Origin: Caecitellus pseudoparvulus
Lineage: Eukaryota; Protista; Bigyra: Bicosoecida
Length of the DNA: 40,147 nt
Direction: 5' to 3'
Assembly: GCA_965644315.1 (NCBI GenBank)
Contig: CBFFRQ010000144.1
Coordinates: 1 to 40,147 of the forward strand
Below, piece by piece: positions 1 through 9,887 of the stretch (position 1 is its first letter; each line of letters begins with the position of its first letter). The translations under genes were made by a program, and so were the position numbers. The notes beneath the pieces were generated by a model. The model worked only from the letters and a program-made list of their open reading frames with translations. It searched no databases and had not been told where the DNA came from.

Positions 1-338
1 GAAGTTAACCCGTGAGGGAGCGGGCAGCGGAGCAAGTGCATAAAAGTTGGAGGAGACTGGAAGCTGTAAAGATCTGCTGTTGATCGTCTCTCGCTGCTTC
101 AGATTTGTTTACTTGGACGTCTACACATCAGCGAAAAGAAACCACAATCCATGCCACACACCGAATCCGACCGCCCCCTACACATTGTGCGCCTTCCCCG
201 ACGCCAGGCACTTCCCTCGGCACAGCAGGCTCGCCGTGATTGTCAGCGAGCAGGAGCTGTGCTGCAGGCCAGCCGACAGCGCACTGCGCTCGCCATTGCG
301 GCGTAGGACGAAGTGGCTGTTGCATGAAGCACTGAGGG

Positions 339-2246
339 GTGCCTCACGGCAAGTCGTCTGGATACGCAGGCAGAATGGCTGTGCGCGTGGTGCCTTTGGC
401 CGGCTGTGGGCGTGCAGCGATCCGGGCGCTTCGTGGGCCTGGCCAAATTCCGCATGGGCCGCGATGCCTTGGCAGCCGCGGCCCTCGTCGAACGGCGCAC
501 TTTGCCGGGACAAAGACGCGCTATCCACCACGCAGCAGCTGGAGCTTGCCACGGCGCGTGTGGGAGGTGGCCAAGTCGTGGATGCCAGGCACCATGGCCA
601 AGTTGCCGCGGCGGTACGAGTTGCTGGCCGACAACGTCTTCCGGCAAATCGAGGAGCTGCACCTGGCTCTGGACATCTCCCACGTGGTGGCAGCGGTGCT
701 GTGGCGCACGCAAGTGTGCATTGGGCGGGGGGCCGTGTCTCCCGGCCGTCTTCGGGCCACTGAGCCGGTGCTGGAGCCGGTCGCAGACACGGCATTGGTC
801 GCTGAGATGGCGACGTGGGACCTGTACGCCCACGCCAGCTACGCCCCCACAGTGTCGATGGCTCTGCAGCAGCTCGGCATACCGCCCGAGGACTTGTTGG
901 CTGCGAACTGGAGCGCCAGTGCAGACATTCCCACCGCTGCGTACATGTTGACAGTGGACCACGCCCACAAAACCATCGTGCTGACTGTGCGGGGCAGCTG
1001 GTCCGCAGAGGACGCGCTGATCAACGGCATGGCTGCACCGGCCCCTTTTCTCTCAGGGCTAGCGCATCACGGCATGGCTCTGGCCGCGCGGGCTCTGGTG
1101 GACGAAGTGGGCGGCACGCTGCTCGCAGCTGCCGACGCGTTCCCAACGTACCGCCTGGTGCTGACAGGGCACAGCATGGGGGCAGGGGTGGCCAGTCTGG
1201 CGGCCCTCCTGCTGCGAGCACACACTGGCGTGACAGCGGGGCGTGGCGTGCTGCACCGCACTTCCGTGTACGGCTTTGCCCCAGCTGCCTGCATGTCCCT
1301 GGCCCTCGCGCGCAGCTGTGAGGGGTGGATACACAGCTTGGTGCACCAGGACGACCTGACGCCGCGATTCCACATCGCGTCCATGCTCGTTGTGCACCAG
1401 GAAATGGCCGGCTTTGTGTGGGGAGACGAGCTGGCCGACCTGTGGCGGCACTGGGCTGCTCATGCGCCACCCTTGCGAGCCGCCCTGCTGCGAGGTGCAG
1501 CCGCAGCCATGGCAGCGAGCTGGAAAGCTGTCGCTGCCGTGTACTGGCCACTGTTTGTGGCATGTGTACGAGTGCACAAGGCAGTGGTGGGCGAATCCTC
1601 CCGTGAGGCGTTGTTCCGGCAGCTGGCCAAGCCCATCGACATGCATCGACATCCATTCTCGGGCATGCAATACTACCTGCCAGGGTCGCTCTTCCACCTC
1701 CAGTACGCATACAAAGACTTGCCGAGCAGCTGGAGGACGTCAGATGCCAGTGCTCCGCCCCTGCAGTATGACATCGGCGTCAGTATCCACGATGCCTTCC
1801 AGCCGTTGCAGTGCGCCGCTGCTGACACCGCCACGCACTGGGTGCAGAGCGAGGAGGTCCTGCCTGTGCCAGATGAGGCGGCAGCCCCCGGCGCAGAGCA
1901 AGCCCACACACACCTCGTGCACGACAGTGTCGCCACGGCCTTGCGCGGTAGCTGTGACCCTGGGCAGCACAAGGCGCCCATCCCGCCAAGCGAAGTGCAG
2001 GCGTGGAGCGGGGAGCTGAGTGACATCCGGCTGCTTCGCGTGCTGCCTGCTGCAGGGCAAGGGTGGAACGTGGCGGGACAAGCAGTGGTGGATGATGCAG
2101 GGCTGGATGCCGGGTCTGCCGCGCACCACGAGCACTTTGGTCGGGTGGTGTGGTCCGGCCGCATGTTCCTGGACCACAGCACCGGCGCCATGTACAAACA
2201 CCTGCTTGCATTGCAGCAGCGACTGGCGCAGGGCAAGACAACGTGA
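339..2246 (+). CDS. Class 3 lipase (alpha/beta hydrolase, DAG-lipase-like); true start uncertain
   Basis: TIVLTVRGSWS lid region, LTGHSMGAGVA nucleophile elbow (GxSxG), YGFAP, VHQDDLTPR catalytic Asp region, MFLDH putative catalytic His. Confidence 0.85.
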   Translation: MPHGKSSGYAGRMAVRVVPLAGCGRAAIRALRGPGQIPHGPRCLGSRGPRRTAHFAGTKTRYPPRSSWSLPRRVWEVAKSWMPGTMAKLPRRYELLADNVFRQIEELHLALDISHVVAAVLWRTQVCIGRGAVSPGRLRATEPVLEPVADTALVAEMATWDLYAHASYAPTVSMALQQLGIPPEDLLAANWSASADIPTAAYMLTVDHAHKTIVLTVRGSWSAEDALINGMAAPAPFLSGLAHHGMALAARALVDEVGGTLLAAADAFPTYRLVLTGHSMGAGVASLAALLLRAHTGVTAGRGVLHRTSVYGFAPAACMSLALARSCEGWIHSLVHQDDLTPRFHIASMLVVHQEMAGFVWGDELADLWRHWAAHAPPLRAALLRGAAAAMAASWKAVAAVYWPLFVACVRVHKAVVGESSREALFRQLAKPIDMHRHPFSGMQYYLPGSLFHLQYAYKDLPSSWRTSDASAPPLQYDIGVSIHDAFQPLQCAAADTATHWVQSEEVLPVPDEAAAPGAEQAHTHLVHDSVATALRGSCDPGQHKAPIPPSEVQAWSGELSDIRLLRVLPAAGQGWNVAGQAVVDDAGLDAGSAAHHEHFGRVVWSGRMFLDHSTGAMYKHLLALQQRLAQGKTT

Positions 2247-2271
2247 CAGCGTCCAACTGGCGAGAAAGGGT

Positions 2272-2853
2272 TCAGCGCTGAGCACCAGGCTCAACTTTGG
2301 GCGTGTTCAGCACGGTGGACAAGTACGCTGCCCAGAAGACGGATGCGATGTTGATGTACAGCACACGGTAGGGCAGAGGCACCATGGTGAAGTTGACGGC
2401 CTGCAGCACGGGCCAGACAATCCAATTCACCTTCAGCGTCGGCCACAGCTTGTCCCGAGCCTCGGCCATGCCTACTGCCGGACTGCCTGTGCGCAGGGCA
2501 GCGCCCACCACGAAGAAGGCGATGTTCACGATGGGCGTCCACGTCAGCTGGTCCCACGCCACACGCAGGGCTGCGCCCACACGGCCCTCTGCCAGGACGA
2601 TCTTCTCCAGCGCCCCGTACCAGCCGTGTGCCATGACGCCAAAGAGGCCGCCCCACACTGCGCCCCGTGCCAGCCGAGCCCAGTCGAAACTGCCCCCAGC
2701 CAACACCTGGGCCATGCTGTCCCCGACGATGTACAGAGCAGCCGACGTGACAGCCTTGGTGGCGATGGGGTGCTGGGTGAGCTTTGCATCATACCAGCCG
2801 CTGAACTTCACTGCAGTCGCCTTGACGGCGCTGACGGCGCGTGCCAGAGCCAT
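2272..2853 (-). CDS. Mpv17/PMP22 family membrane protein
   Basis: HPIATKAVTS..GDSMAQ, FDWARLAR, DQLTWTP, NWIVWPVLQAVNFTMVPLPYRVLY..FWAAYLS match the family signature. Confidence 0.92.
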   Translation of the reverse strand: MALARAVSAVKATAVKFSGWYDAKLTQHPIATKAVTSAALYIVGDSMAQVLAGGSFDWARLARGAVWGGLFGVMAHGWYGALEKIVLAEGRVGAALRVAWDQLTWTPIVNIAFFVVGAALRTGSPAVGMAEARDKLWPTLKVNWIVWPVLQAVNFTMVPLPYRVLYINIASVFWAAYLSTVLNTPKVEPGAQR

Positions 2854-3324
2854 GCTGGGAGAGCAACTGATTTCCGCACTCCGTGACTGGCCAGCGCAGC
2901 TGATCAGGGTCCATTCAAAGACACAGGGTGTGCGGAGGCACAGTTATGTCGATGTGAACTGGTGCCAGGGATATCAAATGTGTCCGGCAGAGATCTCAAA
3001 AGTGTCCGGCTCCGCACCCTTTCCGGGTGTCTAGTTGGAGGCAGAAGTCCCCATCAGACCGAAACCCCGGTGTCCGGGAACTGGACTTCAGCCAGTTCTT
3101 GCCGCCCCTCACGGGCCTCAATAAGACAGATTCTGGTCCATAGCAGCGCTTTGTGGGGATGGCTATCTTGTAGGGTCAATTCGAGAGTATCAGGGTAATT
3201 CGGCGGCATTCATAAAGTGGAGATTGTCTTCCACAAGGCGCCCACCAAGTTTCGTAGATTGCACGACTAATAAAAGAAGTGTGGGAGGGGGGATGGATCA
3301 ACCCTGGCGACTGCACCGGAGGGT

Positions 3325-4907
3325 TTGCAGAAGGTGCAGGCGGGTGACGCTGCCTCGGCAGCCATGCGACAAGCCCAGCACTTGGAGGAGGACGCTCCGG
3401 CGGCGGATGATGGTGATGGTGATGGGAGCGACATGGAGGGTGAAGCGTTAGTGGGTGGCAGTCTCGCGTTGCTGGGTGCGGCGAGTGAGTCGGGGCAGGC
3501 CAGTGCGCCTGACAGCGCACGTGCCGTGCCGAGTGGAGTGGCGGGTGGCGGCGGGGAGCTGGAGGGCGACGACAGTGATGCCCGGTGTGACAGGGACGTG
3601 GATAGGTGGGGGCGTGTGGTGACGCCTGCCGTGGCTGCGCGGCGTGCGGTTCAGGCACAGGCCCGCAAGGCTGCCGCAGCCCTGCCATGGGACACGGCGT
3701 ACTACGCCTGCACTCTCCTGCAGCGTCTGTGGGAGGCACATCCCCGTGTGCTGAGTGAGGCAGCGGCGGCCGGTGACAGTGGTGGTGCGCCTGCCAGCGG
3801 CACGAAGCGGCGGCGCAAGGCATGGAAGGCGTGGGAGTCAGGCGCCACCACTGCTGTCGCGCTGCACAGTGCGCTATGGACGTTTCTGGATGCCCTGTCC
3901 GACATCATGGTGTTCCCTAACGCGTGGGTGCGGGCGCAGCAGCCAGGTGGCTGGGCGCCGTCCTGAACACCGTGGCAGTGGCGAGCGTGGGGAGCTTCTC
4001 TCCCCCACCTGGCGTGGTGGCGTGGCTTGCTGAGTATGAGCGCATGTTCGCCCTGGCTCGGGCAGCCTGTGTGCAGCTGGCGGACGGAACGCTGAGCAGG
4101 GAGCAGGGCACGGCTCTGGCGCCGGTGCTGCTGTTCACGGCGGTGGGGCTGTACGCCACGACGCCGCCCAGCTCCCGAAACACCATCCCGCCCCACCTTG
4201 CCGAGCGCACTGCTCGCTTGGCCGGCAAGTCCACCCTGCTCGTGGATGGCGTGAAGGTGGAGGGCGGCAAGGCGGTGCAGCGAAACAGCCCGCCCTCCAC
4301 ACATACTGCCCACGATGATGACGACGGCGGTGCGCGGGACCCGCTGTTCTGGCTGCTGCAGCGCCTCAGCAACACAGCAGTGCAGCAGGGCGGGCCGGCG
4401 GCCACCACGGCGCTGAACATGTTCGGGGCCATGGCTGGGCACTTGCCGCAGGCAGACCTGCGGCGCTACGTGGTGCCGGTGGCGCGGGCAGTGTTCCGCA
4501 TTGTGCAGGCGGCAGATCAGTTGGCCAGCGACCCCCGCCTGGCCGATGCGCCATCTTGGTCAGAGCAAGCTCAGCAGGCGGCCGCTGCGTCAGTGACAGG
4601 CGCCTTGGCTTCGGAGGTCGTGGAGGGTGGGCAGGCTGCCATGGGCGCAGATGTGTTCCTGACGGCGTACAACGGCGAGCAGCGAGCCAGGGCGGCGGCG
4701 AAGGAGCGGCGGGCGAAGCAGGTGGCGCAGAAGGCGGTGGTGAACCCAGCAGCAGCTGCAGGGCGTAGGAGTCGGAAGGCACAGGCAAAGAAGCTCCATG
4801 CGGTGAAGCGCATGGACAAGCTGAAGGTGCTGCGAGGTGGTGGTGGGAAGGGCAGGAAGCCGGTGCGGGAGGAGCGAGAGGCGTTGGTGTGTGGGGTGGA
4901 AAGGTGA
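3325..4907 (+). pseudogene. UTP20: UTP20-like C-terminal fragment, 5'-truncated, with a frameshift near 3935
   Basis: IMVFPNAWVR (one frame) continues as AAARWLG (next frame), resembling the UTP20 HPHAWVR..AARL motif. The C-terminus RRAKQVAQKAVVNPAAAAGRRSRKAQAKK resembles the UTP20 tail. Only ~500 codons of a normally >2000 aa protein are present. Confidence 0.6.
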
Positions 4908-4970
4908 GCTGGCGCAAGGTGGGAGACAGGTTTGTCGCATGGTGCATTGGACTGTGCTGGAAGTCTGGAA

Positions 4971-7736
4971 TCAAATCAAGTCCGTCAGAGTCTCAAACTT
5001 GGCCGCTTGCTGCCGCACGCTGTCTGGGATCCTGCGATGCCCAGTGAGACCCAGCAGCTCCCGCACGATGTCTGTGTGGCCATACATGCATGCGCATCGG
5101 AAGGCTGCTTCAGGTCCATGGCTATCCGCCGCGTGCACGTCCACTGCCCGCGTCCCAGTGAGACCTAGCAGCTCACGCACGACGTCTGTGCGGCCCCAGC
5201 GACATATCAATCGGAAGGCGGCCTCAGGCCACTTTCCATCCGCCGCATGCACATCCACTTCCCGCGCCCCAGTGAGGGCCAGCAGCTCACGAACAACGTC
5301 TATGTGGCCATGATCGCATGCCCACCGGAAGGCGGCCTCAGGTCCACCCCTATCCGCCGCGTGTACATCTACTTCCCGCGCCCCAGTGAGGGCTAACAGC
5401 TCACGCACGATGTCTGTGTGGCCCCTGTAGCTTGCCCATCGGAAGGCGGCCTCAGGTCCATGCCCATCCGCCGCGTGCACATCCACCTCCCGTGTCCCAG
5501 TCAGGCCCAGCAGCTCACGCACGATGTCGGTGTGGCCATCGCGGCATGCCAATCGGAAGGCGGCCTCAGGTCCATCCCCATCCGCCGCATGCACATCTAC
5601 TTCCCGCGCCCCAGTCAGGCCCAGCAGCTCACGCACGATGTCGGTGTGGCCATCGCGGCATGCCAATCGGAAGGCGGCCTCAGGTCCATCCCCATCCGCC
5701 GCATGCACATCCACTTCCCGTGCCCCAGTCAGGGCCAGCACCTCACGCAAAACGTCGGTGTGGCCATCGCGGCATGCCAATCGGAAGGCGGCCTCAGGTC
5801 CATCCTCATCTGCTGCATGCACATCCACTTCCCGCGCCCCCGTGAGAGCGAGCAGCTCACGTACAATGTCGGTGTGGCCATTGTAGCATGCCCACCGGAA
5901 GGCGGCCTCAGGGCCCTGTCTGTGAAACCAACGCAGCACCTCAACTTTTCCTTTCACGTGCACATCCACTGCCTCATCCCCCGTCAAAGACAGCAGCTCA
6001 CGCACCTTGGCAAGTTTACCTTCCTTGCATGCATCCACAAACGCAGCGGTGTTCTCCTCGCTGAATGTCACTTGCCCTGGGGCGTGCCCTGCCTGTGCCT
6101 GCCCTGCCTGTGCCTGCCCTGCTGCGTCAACTCCCTGCTCTCCATCAAGCAAGCTCCGCACAGCACTCTCCACACTTGACAGACGCCCCAATCCACCCAC
6201 ACTTCCTTCACATGCAATCGCATATGCACCCATGCAGCAACCACTCCCTCCTCGCCCCAACTCCTCCAACACGCTCGACAATGCATGTTCGCAACCTTCA
6301 CCGCTGCCCACGAAGCTTGACACATCACCCGATCCGCCACCCAGCGCATCACCTCCCACACCAAGCACCTCATGCAGCACGCTTGACACACCCTCACTAT
6401 CAAAACTGCCGCCATCAGCACGACCCATGCCCCACACACCACCACACGCACTCAACACCACCTCACACCCACCCCCATCCAGTGCGCCCACCAGGTCACC
6501 CACACTGCCACTCCCCATACCCACCACCACAAAGCTCCCCACACCCACACCACCCAGACTTACTCCACATGCCTCCGCCACAGCACACACACCCAACACC
6601 CTCACAGCCACGCGCTGCTTCACATCCAGCCCAACATCGCCCCACGCTTCATCCTCCAAGAACACCCTCAGCGGCCACCCCACCTCGCACTGCACCTGCA
6701 CTGTGACACTGCTCCTCTCGCCAACCGGCTCATCAGCTCGGCCGCCACCACAGATATGATTCAAAGCTGCCCTGCGTGGAGTCTGTGCCATCCGCGGCAG
6801 TCCATGGGCGATGCGAGCTGCTTCGCCACGCTTCACAGCCCCAACACTCGTGGCAAGCGCTATGGCACCCGTCTCCACACCTGTTGTCCAATGCTCCACA
6901 TCCCCAGCTCCACCAACATCCTCATCCACGATCTCAACCCGCCCACTGTACACACTCACATCCTTGCCGTTCAGGCACTCCAAACCGCCCGACAAGTCCA
7001 ACCCATGCACACTTCTCACCTTCCGACCACTCATCACCGGCGCACACCCCAGAAGCCCACGCAGCTCCTCCACTGCGCTCGCTGCACACTCCAAGTGCTC
7101 CGCAGCACTCTCACTCCTCAGCTCGCCGGCCGCCTCGCCTCGCAGCCAACCAGCCTGCTGACGGATGCCAGCCAAAGCCGCCTCCATCGCTGCTTCGCCA
7201 CCAGCATCATGTGTGAGTGGGCCACCCTCACCAGCCACAGCCACATCTACCCTCTTGAAGCCTTGCCACCATCGCGTCAGGTCAGCCAGCGCACCCTCCA
7301 AATTCACACCGCTCCGCACACTGCCCCAAGCACCCACGATGGCGCCCCAAAGCGCGTCGCCCTCCGGCACTGGATCGGCACTCACATCAGATGCCGCCTG
7401 ATGCAGCACATCCACCGCGCAGAAGCACCGGAACGACAGGTACTGCAGCGCAGCACACACGCCACCTCGCTCACGCTGCCCCGCCAACGCCCCAGCCTGC
7501 TCCAACAGCGCACTCCCCGCATCACGCAGTGCAGCCTCCAGCTCCACCAGGCTCATGGCCGTTGGGGCATCGCCAGCAGCAGACGCCTCGCCACGCCCAA
7601 TGGCTGCCAGTCCTCGCAGTGCTGGGCCGTGGTCCATGACGTTGCCCGGCAAGCACTTCATCTTGGCCAAGCATGTCGCCACCTTCTTTGCCTGTATGTC
7701 GTCAAGACCTGCAATGGCTGCTGCACTGTCATCCAT
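4971..7736 (-). CDS. Ankyrin-repeat protein with an uncharacterised N-terminal region and a C-terminal array of 38-aa ankyrin repeats
   Basis: ORF 4971..7865, likely ATG at 7736. It has 8 copies of (G)PEAAFRxACxxGHTDIVRELLxLTGAREVDVHAADxx plus one divergent N-cap unit. Confidence 0.88.
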   Translation of the reverse strand: MDDSAAAIAGLDDIQAKKVATCLAKMKCLPGNVMDHGPALRGLAAIGRGEASAAGDAPTAMSLVELEAALRDAGSALLEQAGALAGQRERGGVCAALQYLSFRCFCAVDVLHQAASDVSADPVPEGDALWGAIVGAWGSVRSGVNLEGALADLTRWWQGFKRVDVAVAGEGGPLTHDAGGEAAMEAALAGIRQQAGWLRGEAAGELRSESAAEHLECAASAVEELRGLLGCAPVMSGRKVRSVHGLDLSGGLECLNGKDVSVYSGRVEIVDEDVGGAGDVEHWTTGVETGAIALATSVGAVKRGEAARIAHGLPRMAQTPRRAALNHICGGGRADEPVGERSSVTVQVQCEVGWPLRVFLEDEAWGDVGLDVKQRVAVRVLGVCAVAEACGVSLGGVGVGSFVVVGMGSGSVGDLVGALDGGGCEVVLSACGGVWGMGRADGGSFDSEGVSSVLHEVLGVGGDALGGGSGDVSSFVGSGEGCEHALSSVLEELGRGGSGCCMGAYAIACEGSVGGLGRLSSVESAVRSLLDGEQGVDAAGQAQAGQAQAGHAPGQVTFSEENTAAFVDACKEGKLAKVRELLSLTGDEAVDVHVKGKVEVLRWFHRQGPEAAFRWACYNGHTDIVRELLALTGAREVDVHAADEDGPEAAFRLACRDGHTDVLREVLALTGAREVDVHAADGDGPEAAFRLACRDGHTDIVRELLGLTGAREVDVHAADGDGPEAAFRLACRDGHTDIVRELLGLTGTREVDVHAADGHGPEAAFRWASYRGHTDIVRELLALTGAREVDVHAADRGGPEAAFRWACDHGHIDVVRELLALTGAREVDVHAADGKWPEAAFRLICRWGRTDVVRELLGLTGTRAVDVHAADSHGPEAAFRCACMYGHTDIVRELLGLTGHRRIPDSVRQQAAKFETLTDLI
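5030..5915 (-). repeat. 114-nt tandem repeat array encoding ankyrin units
   Basis: GGAAGGCGGCCTCAGG (or a close variant) recurs every 114 nt; units at ~5490-5800 are nearly identical. Confidence 0.92.
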
Positions 7737-8483
7737 GGCTTGGCCTGTTGCTGCTGCCTGCGGCGTGGGAGAGGGGCAAGGCGCTCTGTGCTGTGGTGTA
7801 TGGGTGACACGCTCTGGCGCAAGTGCTGGCGTAAGCGAGGTGCCATGCCCGCTCCCACACACCATGGCGACATGTGGCAGGGGATCTGATCAGGTGTGGC
7901 AGTACTGTGTAGCTGGCTCCTGTGGTGTGAACGTAGTGGGCAGGTGCATTGGTGTGGCGGGGAGGCGTTGTGGAAGTTGAAATGTGTGAGGGTGCAACTA
8001 CCGTCCGCACTTGCACCAGTGCACGCTCACCTGTAGCGGCCAGGACTGCAGACAAGGCACCAAGCACGTTAATGCGCTGATCCTTGTATAGTTCCAGGTG
8101 TGTGTTAGAGACAGCTTCGGTGCATTTTTGTGCCAGCCGTGTCAAAGGTGTGCGGCTCAGCTCGACCCGGTGTCCGGCATCACAACAGAAAAGGTGCTGA
8201 AATTGCTCCCTGGACAGCACTGAGAACCCCTGTATGATACGAGCCAGGCATTGTTGCAGTGTGGGTGTGTCTGCTTGACAATCTCAGGCTCGCACCGGGT
8301 TCTGCGCTGCAAGCAAATCAAGGATCGCTGGCGAGGCCAACCTCCACCGCTTGTGCGGAGGTCCAACTCGCGATTGCGTCGATGCAAATATCCTCTTCTC
8401 ATGGCATGTACCCGCTGACCATGACTGGACACAGTTTGCGGATGAGAGCGGGGCCGGCGAGCACACTGGAAACATGCTCCCAC

Positions 8484-9652
8484 TCACCGCTCAGTCTGCG
8501 ACGCCCCTTCCCGGGGAGCCCCACGCCGCACCTGTGCTGCCTTCTCCGCCCGCTGAGCAGCCGTGGAAGCGGAGAAGAGCGCCGAGGCAGAGGTCTGGAA
8601 GTCCCCTGCATCCTGGACTAGGCCCAAGTCTGGGCGGCCATCACTGGCCAGCACGCCCGCCGCTGCTTCAGCAATGGACAGGCGCCGAGATGTGGTGGGG
8701 GGCAGGGCAATGCTGCTGTCCGTGGCGCGTGCCAGGGCTGCCAGCTCGTTGTGATGCAGTGGACGCCAGTCGCCAGGCAGGAGCCCCATGCCCTCCAGGG
8801 ATAGGGGTCCCACGGCGGAGCGGTGCAGGGCCACGACGGCATGCCCCACCGCAGCGAACATGCGACGCACTTGGTGGTACATGCCTTGGTGCAGAGTCAC
8901 CTGGCACCAGTGTGGGTCGGCGGGGTGTGGGGTGAGAGTGGCGGGTCTGCACACTGAGCCATCCTCTAGCGTGAGGGCGCCTGACGCGAAGGCGGCCGCT
9001 TCCCGTCCAGAGGCACACAGTGGCGCCGCTGTGCGCACTTTGTACACCTTGGCCACGCCCTTGCTGGGCGCTGTGATGCGGTGGTTCAGCTGCCCGCTCT
9101 GCGTGAACAGCAGCAGCCCGGTCGTGGCACGGTCCAGGCGCCCGACGCACTGCAGGCGCGGCTTGCGCAGCTGGAACATGCCAGGCAACATGTCGAACAC
9201 AGTGGGCCCCTCGTCTTCTGCGTGGGTGCAGCTGACTCCGGCTGGCTTGTACATGGCGAGGTGCAGGGGCTGTGTGAAGGGCAGCGGCTCGCCGTCCACT
9301 GCGCAGAGCATGGAGGGGGGGAAGTTGCGAGCGCGCACAGGCAGAGGCCACAATGCATGGGTGCCGCACCTGTCACATGTGCTGGGTTCACCTTCGTGGC
9401 GGCAGTGAGGACGCGGGAGGGCGCTGCCTGCTCATCTGACTGCACCAGTACCTGGTGCTTGCGGAGGAAGGACCGTGCAGACCGCCGCTCTGCAAGGCCA
9501 TACTGCTTCAGCACATTGTCTGCACGCATCTCAGTGACTGGTTCCAACAGCTCTTTCAGGAAGGGGCTGGCGGCCACGGACATGCCTCGCATGCTGCCGC
9601 GAAACACCAACGAAACGTTCAGGCTTCGGGCCCCTGCACGTGCGAGCGCCAT
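8484..9652 (-). CDS. RsuA/RluB-family pseudouridine synthase (S4-like N-terminus, probably organelle-targeted); intron 9299..9369
   Basis: MYKPAG, VGRLDRATTGLLLFT (catalytic Asp), KVYKV, GMYHQVRRMF, LHRSAVG. A GT..AG intron joins ORF 9652 to ORF 8484..9353 in frame. Confidence 0.9.
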
Positions 9653-9887
9653 GGTGCAGGGAGGGGGGGTGCCAGACGGAGGCTGCAGCTTGGTGCGCTC
9701 CGTTCACCACAGTACTTCTCCCAGCTTACACACTTGCACTTTCCGCTTTGAATTTGCACGTGACGCGGGACTACGTTGCCAAGCGTCGAGCCACGTGAGC
9801 TCAGCTGAATCAGCTGCTGGGCACCCCAGCAGCGGCCCCTAGCGACCTGCCCGGCGCAGCTCCACACCACCCATAGTCCGCACTAGG

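Noticed and set aside
5030-5915. Regularly spaced repeats with variable interiors, resembling a CRISPR array or DGR
   Set aside because: These are in-frame 114-nt coding ankyrin units in a eukaryotic gene; no cas or reverse transcriptase gene is present in the window
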